In this document: piece by piece, positions 17,848 through 27,046 of the stretch
Numbering within the stretch: the stretch's first letter is position 1
Layout: every line of letters begins with the position of its first letter
DNA from: Candidatus Multivorans sp.
GTDB taxonomy: Bacteria; Acidobacteriota; Thermoanaerobaculia; Multivoradales; Multivoraceae
Length of the DNA stretch: 64,000 nt
NCBI GenBank assembly: GCA_965247095.1
Contig: OZ251997.1
Coordinates: 192,001 to 256,000, forward strand
Direction: 5' to 3'
Notes under the pieces: model-generated
Databases searched by the model: none
Seen by the model: only the letters and a program-made list of their open reading frames with translations
What the model was told of the DNA's origin: nothing
Position numbers and translations under genes: made by a program

Positions 17848-20800
17848 CGGGGGTCGAGGACAACGAAGCCGGCGTCGGCGAGCGTCTGGTTCAGGTCCGC
17901 CAGCGGGCCGGCAAGCGTAGCCTCGAAAAGGTCTTCCTGCTCGGCGAGTTGGGATTCGAGTCGTCGCCAGACCGCGACCTGCTGGTCGGTCGGCCGCGCG
18001 TCGGCCTGACCGACCGAGCGTGCGAGGTAGGTGAGCCGCGCGTAGAGCCGGCGCTCCCAGCGGAGCGAGTCCTGGCCGGTGCCGGTGAGCCGCAGGTCGA
18101 AGAAGGCGCCCTCGATCTGCCGTAACTCGTCGTCGAGCGCCGTCGCCTGCTCCGCGGCGGCCCCGTGCGCGTCGTCGTCCTCGAGGCGTTCCTGCAGAGC
18201 CGGCAACTGGGCCCGCAGGTCCTCGGCGCCGTTCAGGATCGAGGCGGCCCGCTCGATTGCGTCGCGGATCACGAAGAGCAGTTCGTTCTGCGCGGCCAGG
18301 TCGTCCGCGGATGCAGTGGAATCGGGGTCGAGCAGTACCTCGAACTCCGCCGTCGACAGGGCTTCGCTCTCTTCGCCGGCGTCTCCCGGCAGGGAGAGTT
18401 CGAGCCGGTAGACACCCGGCGCCGCGAGCAGGGAGAGCCGGTCGCCGTCGCGCAGTGGCCGCCAGCCCTCCGCCGGCATCTTCCAGTCGGGTCGCTCGTC
18501 CGGCTTCGTACGCAGGCGGACTTCGGTGGTCGGATCGTGGCGGAGATCCCAGCTCACACGGTGGAGGCCGGGCGCCGCCGGCAGGTCGTCGAGCGTGCGG
18601 ACAAGTTCTTCTTGTTCGTTGAAGATTCGTATCTGGCCGCGAGCATCGGCGGACCGGCGCTCCGCGCCGGATGCGGGCGAGACGCCCGCGTTCCCAGGGT
18701 CCGGAATCCAGTAGTGGAGCGGTGGCCCGTAGGGTGAGTTCGTGCCGGTCGCCGGCACGTCGGGTTGGGCCATCGGAGCGCCGCGCGTGCGGAAGCGGTA
18801 GGTGACGCGGGGCGGCAGCAGCTCGGGGCCGTCCGTGGACAGGCCGCGGGCGATCGCGCGCAGCGGTGTCGCATCGTCCAGGATCCAGATGCCGCGGCCG
18901 TAGGTCGCGACCACGAGGTCGTCGAAGTGCTCCTGGATTTCGATCCAGTGCACCGGCGCCGGCGGCAGGTTCGCGCCGCCGTCGCTGCGGCGGGAAAGCC
19001 GCTGCCACGCGGCGCCGTCGTCGAAGGAGACCCAGAGCGCGTTCTCGGCGCCCAGGAACAGGAGCCCGGGTTGCTCCGGGTCCTCACGGATGCAGTGGAC
19101 GTTGCCGAGCGGGCCGCGGGGCAGATCGGCGGCGAGGTCCGTCCAGGTCTCGCCGTAGTCGTTGGTGCGGAAGACGTAGGGGTTCGTGTCGCCCTCCTGG
19201 CGCCGGTCGATCGCGACGTAGGCCGTGCCGGCGTCGAAGTGCGAGGGGTCGATGTTGCGCACCGTGCCCAGGGGCGGCAGGTCCGGGAGGTTCGCGGTCA
19301 CGTTGGTCCAGGTCTCGCCGCCGTCGCGGGTCAACTGGACCTGGCCGTCGTTCGTGCCCGCCCAGATCAAGCCGGGTTCGACGGGGCTCTCGGCGATCGC
19401 GAACACCACCGGCGCGATGGTCGGGCCTGCGTCGTCGAGGGTCAGGCCGCCGGTGCGGCGCATCAGGGCGGGGTCGGTGGTGGTCAGGTCCGGCGAGATG
19501 CGCTTCCAGCTCTGGCCCCGGTCGCGGCTGCGGTGAACGTACTGGCTGCCGGCGTAGACCGCGGCTTCGTCGTGCGGCGAGGTGGCGAAGGGCGCCGTCC
19601 ACTGGAAACGGTATTCGAGGGCCGAGGCGGGGGAGCTCTCGATCGCCAGGGGCCAGACGCTGACGTCCCGGGCCTGACCCGAGCGCAGGTCGTAGAGCTC
19701 GAGCCGGCCGTCGTAGCAGCCGGTCCAGACCAGGTCCGGATCGGCGCGGTCGACCATCGAGAAGCCGACCTCGCAGCCGCCGACGGAGTGCCACTCGCCG
19801 ACCGGAATACCCTGTGTGCGTCCGCCGTAGAGCACGCGGCTCGGCCCGCGCATGGAGGGCCCGTCCTGGCGGTTGCTGTAGACGAAGTAGGGCACGCGGT
19901 CGTCGGTCGAGACGTGGTACATCTGGGCGATCGGCAACTGCGGGCGGGACCAGGAATGGCCGCGGTCGGACGTGATGCTGACGCCGCCGTCGTGGCCGAC
20001 GATCCGGCGGTCCGGGTCGAGGGGGTCGATCCAGATGTCGTGATGGTCCCAGCCGGCCTGGTCGAAGCCTTCGCTCTCCACCGTGCTGCCGCCGTCGAGC
20101 GACACGGACAGGCGGGTGGCGACGAAGGTGAGTTCGTCCGCGCGGTCGGGCGCGGCGGCCATGCGGGTGTAGTAGAGGGGCCGGGTGATCAGGTCCAGGT
20201 TGCGGCTGACGAGACGCCACGAGTCGCCGCGATCGTCGGAGCGCCAGAGGACGCCGGCGAACGGATCGGAGGGGGCGAAGTCGCGGTTCGAACTCGTCTC
20301 GATCAGGGCGTAGAGCCGGTCCGGATCGTCGGCCGACACCGCGAGCCCGATCTTGCCCAGGGGCGGCGCCGGCAGGCCGGCGCCTTCGAGGGGCGCCCAG
20401 GTCGCGCCGCCGTCGCGGGAACGGTGGAGGCCGCTGCCCGGGCCGCCGCTGGTGCGGCCGGAGGTGCGGATCTCGATCTGCCAGGCCGCGGCGTAGACGG
20501 TCCGCGGGTTATCCGGGGCGAAGGCGAGGTCGATGGCGCCGGTGTTCGCGTCGATGAACAGGACGTGATCCCAGGTCGCGCCGCCGTCCGTGGTGCGAAA
20601 GACGCCGCGCCCCGCCTCGTCGCGTTCCTGTGGCCCATAGGCATGGCCGAGCGCCGCGATCAGGGCGGTGTCGGGGTCGTCGGGATGCACGACGATGCGG
20701 CCGATGCGGCCGGTCTGGTCCAGCCCGAGGTGTTCGAAGCTGTCGCCGCGGTCCGTGGAGCGGTAGACGCCGTTGCCGATCGAGATGTTGCTGCGGATGA

Positions 20801-21161
20801 AGCTCTCGCCGGTGCCGACCCAGATCACGTTCGGGTCGGAGGGGGCGACCGCGATCGAGCCGATCGAAGCGGCTTCCTGGCGGTCGAAGATCGGCGCCCA
20901 TGAGGCGCCGCCGTTGTGGGTTCGCCAAAGCCCGCCGGAGGCGGCGCCGGCGTAGTACACGCCTTCGTCTCCGGGCACTCCGGCGACGGCCGAGACCCGG
21001 TTGCCGATGGGGCCGATGTGGCGGAAGGCGAACGGATCGAGAAGCTGCGCTGTGAGGTCGGCCGTCTGCTGCGCGGCGGCGGCGCTGCAGAGCAGGAGGG
21101 CGAGTACCGTGCCCAGCGGCGCCTTCGCCACGACGGGCGGCGCTAGTAGCTTGCGCGGCAA
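17844..21161 (-). CDS. BNR/VPS10-repeat glycosyl hydrolase-like secreted protein (start uncertain)
   Basis: FRHIGP.GNRV, many S/T.DGG.tW Asp-box repeats, coiled-coil C-terminus. The TTG start falls inside a repeat element. Confidence 0.85.
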   Translation of the reverse strand: MPRKLLAPPVVAKAPLGTVLALLLCSAAAAQQTADLTAQLLDPFAFRHIGPIGNRVSAVAGVPGDEGVYYAGAASGGLWRTHNGGASWAPIFDRQEAASIGSIAVAPSDPNVIWVGTGESFIRSNISIGNGVYRSTDRGDSFEHLGLDQTGRIGRIVVHPDDPDTALIAALGHAYGPQERDEAGRGVFRTTDGGATWDHVLFIDANTGAIDLAFAPDNPRTVYAAAWQIEIRTSGRTSGGPGSGLHRSRDGGATWAPLEGAGLPAPPLGKIGLAVSADDPDRLYALIETSSNRDFAPSDPFAGVLWRSDDRGDSWRLVSRNLDLITRPLYYTRMAAAPDRADELTFVATRLSVSLDGGSTVESEGFDQAGWDHHDIWIDPLDPDRRIVGHDGGVSITSDRGHSWSRPQLPIAQMYHVSTDDRVPYFVYSNRQDGPSMRGPSRVLYGGRTQGIPVGEWHSVGGCEVGFSMVDRADPDLVWTGCYDGRLELYDLRSGQARDVSVWPLAIESSPASALEYRFQWTAPFATSPHDEAAVYAGSQYVHRSRDRGQSWKRISPDLTTTDPALMRRTGGLTLDDAGPTIAPVVFAIAESPVEPGLIWAGTNDGQVQLTRDGGETWTNVTANLPDLPPLGTVRNIDPSHFDAGTAYVAIDRRQEGDTNPYVFRTNDYGETWTDLAADLPRGPLGNVHCIREDPEQPGLLFLGAENALWVSFDDGAAWQRLSRRSDGGANLPPAPVHWIEIQEHFDDLVVATYGRGIWILDDATPLRAIARGLSTDGPELLPPRVTYRFRTRGAPMAQPDVPATGTNSPYGPPLHYWIPDPGNAGVSPASGAERRSADARGQIRIFNEQEELVRTLDDLPAAPGLHRVSWDLRHDPTTEVRLRTKPDERPDWKMPAEGWRPLRDGDRLSLLAAPGVYRLELSLPGDAGEESEALSTAEFEVLLDPDSTASADDLAAQNELLFVIRDAIERAASILNGAEDLRAQLPALQERLEDDDAHGAAAEQATALDDELRQIEGAFFDLRLTGTGQDSLRWERRLYARLTYLARSVGQADARPTDQQVAVWRRLESQLAEQEDLFEATLAGPLADLNQTLADAGFVVLDPR
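18654..18698. repeat. REP-like palindrome inside a coding region
   Basis: ccggcgctccgcgccggatgcgggcgagacgcccgcgttcccagg matches 23044-23081, inside the MITE-like element. Confidence 0.6.
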
Positions 21162-21208
21162 GAGACCACGAAGAGTTGAATTCCCTTCTACGGCGCAAGC
21201 TACCTTAG
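21143..21208. repeat. short member of inverted-repeat family B
   Basis: ctag-tagcttgcgcgg...cttctacggcgcaagcta-ccttag. Confidence 0.7.
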
Positions 21209-22233
21209 TAACCCGCCTGCTTGTCGACCACGTTGCGCAGCGGTCTGCCGGTCGCGAAGCGAGTGATGTTGTCGCGCAGCAACTGCGTCCGCCGCTCTTC
21301 GAGCCGGTCGGAGATCGTTGCCAGGTGGGGCGTGATCGTCACGTTCGACATGGTCCAGAGCGGGTGGTCGGAGGGCAGCGGCTCGGGATCGGTCACGTCG
21401 AGGCCGGCGGCGCGGACCTTGCCGCTACGAAGCGCCGCGACCAGGGCGTCCGTGTCGACGATCTTTCCGCGCGAGATGTTGATGAAGTAGACGTCCTGCT
21501 TCATCAACTCGAACTGGCGGGCGCCGATCAGGCCCTCGGTGGCGGGCGTGTGGGGCACGGAGGAGAAGACGACGTCGGCCCTGGGCAGCAGATCGTCGAG
21601 CTCGTCCGGCTTGCCGACGTACAAGACATCGCGGTGGATCGGGATGTCCTTCGGATCGACGCCGATCACGGTCATGCCGAAAGCCGCGGCGCGTTGGGCG
21701 ATCTGCGTGCCGATGCCGCCGAGGCCGATGACGAGCGCCGTCTTGCCCCTGAGCTCGATCATCGGCAGCTCGCGGTTCGTGTTCCAGCCCTCGGGCATCT
21801 GGGCGTTGAAGGCCTTGATGTTGCGCGTGAAGTTCAGGAGCAGGGCGAAGGCGTGATCGGCGATCTCGGGCCCCTGGATGATCTTCGCGTTGGTCAGCAC
21901 GATGTCGCTGTCGCGCAGGTCGGGGATCTCAAGGAAGCCCTCGACACCGGCCGAGTTGCTCTGGATCCAGCGCAGCTTGCTGTCGGCGACCAGGAAGTTC
22001 TCGATGCCGCGGTAACCGGCAATCAGGCCGTCGCAGTCGCTCGGGTCGAGATCCTCGCTGACGCCGGCCAGTCGGAGATTCTCGTGCTCGTCTTCCAGGT
22101 CCGCCAGGGCGTCCAGGACGAACGGCGGCGCGCAGATCGTGACCGTCTGGGCGGCGACCGGAGCGGCCAGCAGGGCGAGAAGCAGATGGGTGAGCAGGAC
22201 CAGCGCGAGACCCGTTGCACGGCGGTTCAACAT
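21205..22233 (-). CDS. D-2-hydroxyacid dehydrogenase with N-terminal signal peptide
   Basis: GLGGIG, NISRG, LDVTDPEPL, TPHLA; start MLNRRATGLALVLL at 22233. Confidence 0.87.
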   Translation of the reverse strand: MLNRRATGLALVLLTHLLLALLAAPVAAQTVTICAPPFVLDALADLEDEHENLRLAGVSEDLDPSDCDGLIAGYRGIENFLVADSKLRWIQSNSAGVEGFLEIPDLRDSDIVLTNAKIIQGPEIADHAFALLLNFTRNIKAFNAQMPEGWNTNRELPMIELRGKTALVIGLGGIGTQIAQRAAAFGMTVIGVDPKDIPIHRDVLYVGKPDELDDLLPRADVVFSSVPHTPATEGLIGARQFELMKQDVYFINISRGKIVDTDALVAALRSGKVRAAGLDVTDPEPLPSDHPLWTMSNVTITPHLATISDRLEERRTQLLRDNITRFATGRPLRNVVDKQAGY

Positions 22234-22452
22234 GGGCGGTGCCTCCCTTGAGGGGTAGTGCTGTCGCGTCCCTCGGACGCTTGAAATGAGGGTTGCTGAG
22301 AGTAGCACCGGCAATGGCGCCGGCGGCCGGATCGGCAAGTTCCGTGGCCTGCGCCGTGGTGCTACGATGCCGCGGCGCCGGCCGGTCGCGGCCGCAGGTC
22401 GGCCGTCGCGGCAAGCCTTTTCGCCTTTGGATCAGACAAGGAAGCAAGCCAG

Positions 22453-23016
22453 ATGAGCAGTAGTTCGCTCCGTGAACGCGGACAGTCGTTGGAAGAGGCC
22501 TTCTTCAGCAACATGGACCGCAAGCTGATCGAGGATCTGCGCGTGCAGAAGGAGCGCGAGCAGCAGATCGACGAGTTGGCGGCGGCTTCAGGGATCGACC
22601 ATCGGGAAGTGCTCGGCGCGCTTCTTGACGCGGGGGTGCACAGCGAAGTGCTGGTTGCCGTGGGGTTGGCGCCCTTGATCGAGGTGGCGTGGGCCGACAA
22701 TGCGATGGACGCCGGCGAACGCGACGCCATCCTCCGCGCCGCGAAGGAAGCCGGGGTGACCGAGGGGTCGGCTGCCGCCGGACTGCTCTCTGCGTGGCTC
22801 GAGCAGCGCCCCGGCGTCGAGCTGCTCGAGGCCTGGAAGGGCTACGCCGGCGCTCTCGTCGCCGAACTCAGCGAGTCGGACGCCGAAGCCGTGCGGGGCG
22901 ACATCCTCGGCCGGGCGCAGAAGGTCGCCGAAGCCGCCGGCGGCTTCCTGGGGCTCGGCGCGGTGTCGAAGGACGAGCAGCGCATGCTCGATGTACTCGC
23001 CGCCGCGCTGCGCTAG
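22453..23016 (+). CDS. TerB-like helical hypothetical protein
   Basis: SLRERGQSLEEAFF, PLIEVAWAD...ERDAIL, VAEAAGGFLGLG.VS..E. Confidence 0.65.
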   Translation: MSSSSLRERGQSLEEAFFSNMDRKLIEDLRVQKEREQQIDELAAASGIDHREVLGALLDAGVHSEVLVAVGLAPLIEVAWADNAMDAGERDAILRAAKEAGVTEGSAAAGLLSAWLEQRPGVELLEAWKGYAGALVAELSESDAEAVRGDILGRAQKVAEAAGGFLGLGAVSKDEQRMLDVLAAALR

Positions 23017-23185
23017 GAGCTTGCGCGGTAGAACGACCGGAGGCCGGCGCTTCGCGCCGGATGCGGGCAGGATGCCCGCGTGCCATCCGTGCGCCCGATG
23101 ACGGGCGCACGGAGTGGTTCGCGTGTGGCGCGGGTCGCGCCACACGGGTTCCCAGGTCAGATCGTTCTACCGCGCAAGCCCCTAG
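23013..23185. mobile_element. MITE-like element (family B), 173 bp, bounded by CTAG
   Basis: Left end CTAGGAGCTTGCGCGGTAGAACGA; right end TCGTTCTACCGCGCAAGCCCCTAG (24-bp inverted repeat, 1 mismatch); internal hairpins; no transposase. Confidence 0.8.
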
Positions 23186-23190
23186 CGTCG

Positions 23191-23496
23191 CTACCAGCTC
23201 GCCTTGATGACGCCGGGAAGCTCGCCGCGCAGGGCGAGATCCCGCAGCGCGATACGCGACAGGCCGAACTTGCGGTAGTAGCCCCGCGGGCGACCGGTGA
23301 CGACACAGCGGTTGCGTATCCGGACCGGGCTCGAGTCGCGCGGCAGCTTGTTCAGCAGGAGCTGCGCCTCGAAGCGCTGTTCGGGGGGCAGGCGCTGATC
23401 CCTGACCAGGGAGCGCAACTCGGTCCGGCGCTCCCGGTACCTCTCGACGATCTTCTTGCGGCGCTCGTTCTTGGCGACCGATGCCTTCGTGGCCAT
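23191..23496 (-). CDS. rpsN: 30S ribosomal protein S14, long Zn-independent (C-) type
   Basis: 101 aa; [35 protein letters not shown]...[11 protein letters not shown]; only one Cys. Confidence 0.96.
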   Translation of the reverse strand: MATKASVAKNERRKKIVERYRERRTELRSLVRDQRLPPEQRFEAQLLLNKLPRDSSPVRIRNRCVVTGRPRGYYRKFGLSRIALRDLALRGELPGVIKASW

Positions 23497-23813
23497 ATCT
23501 TCCGTCTTCCTTCGCGTTGCGGATGCTGGCGGTCTTTGTGCGCCGGCCGCGGTCGTCCGGGGCGCGGGAAGCGCGTACCCTAGCAGGTTTCGGCTCGGAG
23601 CGTCTCAGAGGGAGCGACCAACGCGAACAAGAAGAGCGCCGTGTCCGCTGTTGGAAGGGTGGGCGCCGCCGTTCGGCGTGCAAATATTTGTTCAGGTTCG
23701 CTAACAAAAGGCCCTTGACTCCTCAAGAGGGACTAGGAGAACGTGTCGCTATCCTAGCTAGTACCGACTGAGGCAGAGCAGGCATCCCATAGGCGCGACA
23801 GGAGGGATCGGGC

Positions 23814-25547
23814 ATGAGCCGAGCATCGGAATCTGGACGTGTCGAGGTGAAGGGAGCACATTCGCCGATCGGAAGATGGGCGCCAACGCTCGTCGTCCTC
23901 GGCGCGCTGGTGTTCGTTTCTGCGGTACAGGGCTCCGAGTGGCCGCAGTGGCGGGGACCGAATCGCGACGGCATCGCAGCCGGTGGCGAGCTTCCCGCCG
24001 TGCTTCCCACGGCGCTCCATCAACTCTGGAAGGTCCGGGTGGGGGTCGGCCAGTCCTCTCCGATCGTCGTTGGCGACCGCGTGTTCGTCCACGCGCGGCA
24101 GGGCGAGGAGGAAGTGGTGCTTGCCCTGTCGGCGGCGACGGGCGAGGAATTGTGGCGGCACAGCTACGCAGCCTCCTACGTGCCCAGAACTGCGGCCATC
24201 CAGTATGGCCCGGGTCCGAAGTCGACCATGCTGGCTGAAGGCGATTCGCTCTACGCCTTCGGCATCCGGGAGCGTCTTCTTGCCCTGGACGCCGACTCGG
24301 GCGCGGTGCGCTGGGAGAACACCTTTGAAGACCTCTACGAAGAGCCGTACCCGATCTGGGGAACGGCGTCGTCGCCTCTGATCGAGGGCAACCTGCTGAT
24401 CGTCCCGATTGGGACCACGGGCAACGAGCAGCAGGGAGATGAGGGCGCCCTGGTTGCCTACGACAAGGCGACCGGAGAGGAAGTGTGGCGGCTGGAAGGG
24501 CCGCCTGCGTATGCGTCGCCCATGGCGTTCACGCATGAAGGGGTTCGCCAGATCGTGACGATGGACGACGTGTCCTTCTTCGGAGTCGGGGCCACTGATG
24601 GCGATCCGCTGTGGTCGCTCGACTTCGAGACCGCGTTCCAACAGAACACCCCGACCACGATCCGGTATGACGGCATGTTCATTCTTTCCGGCTACCAGTG
24701 GGGTACCGCGGCGATCCGGGTCGAGCCGCCGGCCGAGGCGGACGGGGCCTGGTCGGTGAGCGAGGTCTGGAAGACGACGGACGTCGAGCTCTACATGGAT
24801 TCGCCGGTGCTGGTCGGCGACCATCTGTACTTTCGGTCGAACAAGCGGGCCGGCGCTTTCGTTTGCCTGGATCCCGCTACCGGGGAACTCGTGTGGCAGG
24901 GCCCGGGACGATGGGCGGCGTACGCCTCGGTGATCGCGGTGGGTGATCGTCTGCTCGTGCTCACCGACGAAGCCGAACTGAAGGTGATCGCGGCGGATCC
25001 GTCTGGCTACCAGGAGTTGGCCTCCTGGGAGGTGGCCGACAGTACGACCTGGTCGCACCTCGCGCTTTCCGGATCCCGGGTGTACGTGAAGGACGAGGAG
25101 CACCTCGCAGGATTCGACCTGGCCTCCATGCGGGTCACGGAAGCAAAGGACCGGCCTGCCGGGACCGCCGTCGCCCGGGCGGAGAAGGGCAGCGCCGGCG
25201 GCGCGCAGGATACGGAGGCTGTGAAGGTGGCCGTCCGTCAGATGTTGAAGGCCATGGGGAACGGAGACATGGACCTCATGTGGACCTATCTGGGTGAGGA
25301 CTTCAGGTCCTACAGCGGCGCTGACAAGGCTGTTTTCCGCCAGTACCTCGGGTCAACTGCCGGTACCGAGACGAAGAGCGAGGACATGAAGGTCGAATGG
25401 CAGGGTGCGACGGCCAGAGTCACAGGGGTGCGGTGGATTACGAACGGGCTGGACTTCGGACTGGAGATGCTGGTGGACGAGGGCGACGGAAAGTGGCTCG
25501 TCACCTTCATGGACTTCGACTCCAGGCGCATCAGCGGCCAGGAGTAG
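23814..25547 (+). CDS. PQQ-like beta-propeller protein with C-terminal NTF2/SnoaL-like domain (copy 1)
   Basis: WPQWRGPNRDG, SSPIV, repeated TGE..W motifs; SD GGAGGG upstream. Confidence 0.85.
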   Translation: MSRASESGRVEVKGAHSPIGRWAPTLVVLGALVFVSAVQGSEWPQWRGPNRDGIAAGGELPAVLPTALHQLWKVRVGVGQSSPIVVGDRVFVHARQGEEEVVLALSAATGEELWRHSYAASYVPRTAAIQYGPGPKSTMLAEGDSLYAFGIRERLLALDADSGAVRWENTFEDLYEEPYPIWGTASSPLIEGNLLIVPIGTTGNEQQGDEGALVAYDKATGEEVWRLEGPPAYASPMAFTHEGVRQIVTMDDVSFFGVGATDGDPLWSLDFETAFQQNTPTTIRYDGMFILSGYQWGTAAIRVEPPAEADGAWSVSEVWKTTDVELYMDSPVLVGDHLYFRSNKRAGAFVCLDPATGELVWQGPGRWAAYASVIAVGDRLLVLTDEAELKVIAADPSGYQELASWEVADSTTWSHLALSGSRVYVKDEEHLAGFDLASMRVTEAKDRPAGTAVARAEKGSAGGAQDTEAVKVAVRQMLKAMGNGDMDLMWTYLGEDFRSYSGADKAVFRQYLGSTAGTETKSEDMKVEWQGATARVTGVRWITNGLDFGLEMLVDEGDGKWLVTFMDFDSRRISGQE

Positions 25548-25567
25548 CGATGAGTCCGCCGCGCCGT

Positions 25568-26212
25568 CTAGGGTCGGCGCCGCACGACCATCGCCACTTC
25601 GGCCAGCGCGTCGAGAGTGAAGCCCTGGTCGCAGAGGCGGCGCAGAGCTCGACCGAGCTTGTCGCCGTGCTCCCCGGCCAGAACGTCGGGGAGCCGGTCC
25701 CACAGGTCACGGTCGCACCAGCGGGCTGCGGTCTCGAAGCCATGCTCCTCGTAGATCGAGGCGGGGTGGCCGCCCATGAACACCCCCAGGGGCCTGAAGG
25801 GCGGCACGGCCTTGGCCACGGTCGCCTCGACGCCTGCGGCGTCGGCCCAGCGGAGGAACTCCTTGAGCAGGGCGATGCCGATACCCCGCCCGTGGTAGCG
25901 GGGATCGCGAGCGTCGCCGCTTTCCAACTGGCCCACGTGGTAGCAGAACAGGTTCAGCGTCCGCGATGGCAGGGACGGGGCGTTCGCTTGGCCAAAGTCG
26001 CCCCAGTACAGCGGATCCATGATGCCGCTCGGGGAGCGCAGTGACGGGTCATACCGCCGGAACTGGAGTTGGCCCACGTGCTGCTCGCCGTCGAAGGCGA
26101 GGATCGCGCTCGCGCCGAGGTCCGCGATGCGGGTGCGCACTTCCCCCTCGGTACCCTGGCAGTCGATGGGGGCGCGGCCGATATCGGCCATCGTCATCAG
26201 CCGGTAGTGCAT
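25568..26212 (-). CDS. GNAT family acetyltransferase
   Basis: PRYHGRGIGIALL (motif A), YEEHGF. Confidence 0.75.
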   Translation of the reverse strand: MHYRLMTMADIGRAPIDCQGTEGEVRTRIADLGASAILAFDGEQHVGQLQFRRYDPSLRSPSGIMDPLYWGDFGQANAPSLPSRTLNLFCYHVGQLESGDARDPRYHGRGIGIALLKEFLRWADAAGVEATVAKAVPPFRPLGVFMGGHPASIYEEHGFETAARWCDRDLWDRLPDVLAGEHGDKLGRALRRLCDQGFTLDALAEVAMVVRRRP

Positions 26213-26274
26213 TGGCGCCGCCTAGACTATCGGGAGACACTTGAGACCTGACAACCTGGGAAGGGAGCGCAGCG

Positions 26275-26904
26275 ATGGAGATCATTCAGGCAACCGAGGC
26301 TCACTCCGAGAACTGGGCGGACGAAGTCGCCGACCTGGTCTGGGCTAGCGGGCCGACGACGTACGACTACCAATTCGGGGGCCGGGAGTACTACGACGAG
26401 ATCGTCAAGGCCTCGTGGCGCATACCTGGCACGCTCTTTTCGTATGACTGCACCACGATTGCGGTGGAAGGAGACGAACTCATCGCTATCGAGATCGGCT
26501 TCCGCGGTCCGGAGTTCGCCCAGCGCAAGAAGACGTTGCCGCCCCTGTGGGCGCCGCTGATCGAGTCGGGCCGGGTCACACGTGAGAAACTGGCCGAGAT
26601 CGGCAGGGCCGCCTATCTGTGCAGCTACCTGAATGTGGCGATTCCGTCGGCTGTCTACTACGTTCACGCGCTCGCCGTTCAGGAGTCGCGACGGGGCCAG
26701 GGGATCGGCAAGCAGTTGATGCAAGGGGCGCTCGACGGCGCGAAGAGCGCTGGCCTGCGCGGTCTGCACCTCGATGTCCTCTCGGATACTCCCGCGGTCG
26801 GCTTCTACTACTCGCTGGGAATGGAGTGCCTGACCGAAACGGTTGCGCCGATACCTCTCCAGAACGGAATACCCATGGAAATGCGGATGTCGCTCGACTT
26901 CTAG
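26275..26904 (+). CDS. GNAT family acetyltransferase
   Basis: YVHALAVQESRRGQGIGKQLM, LDVLSDTPAVGFYYSLG. Confidence 0.85.
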   Translation: MEIIQATEAHSENWADEVADLVWASGPTTYDYQFGGREYYDEIVKASWRIPGTLFSYDCTTIAVEGDELIAIEIGFRGPEFAQRKKTLPPLWAPLIESGRVTREKLAEIGRAAYLCSYLNVAIPSAVYYVHALAVQESRRGQGIGKQLMQGALDGAKSAGLRGLHLDVLSDTPAVGFYYSLGMECLTETVAPIPLQNGIPMEMRMSLDF

Positions 26905-26966
26905 GAGTCGAGTCGCGGCGTCCGCGCCGCGCTGACGCACAGGGAACAGGGCTTGTTCCATGCAAG
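26901..26966. repeat. REP-like repeat family A, single copy
   Basis: Reverse complement of the 4511 unit; starts at the CTAG that holds the GNAT stop codon. Confidence 0.9.
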
Positions 26967-27046
26967 TTCGCGTGGCAGAACGAAACGGACGAGTGCAGTA
27001 GGTCGACGGCTGAGGTGTTTGGAACTCGACGGAGGAGGTACGGGTC

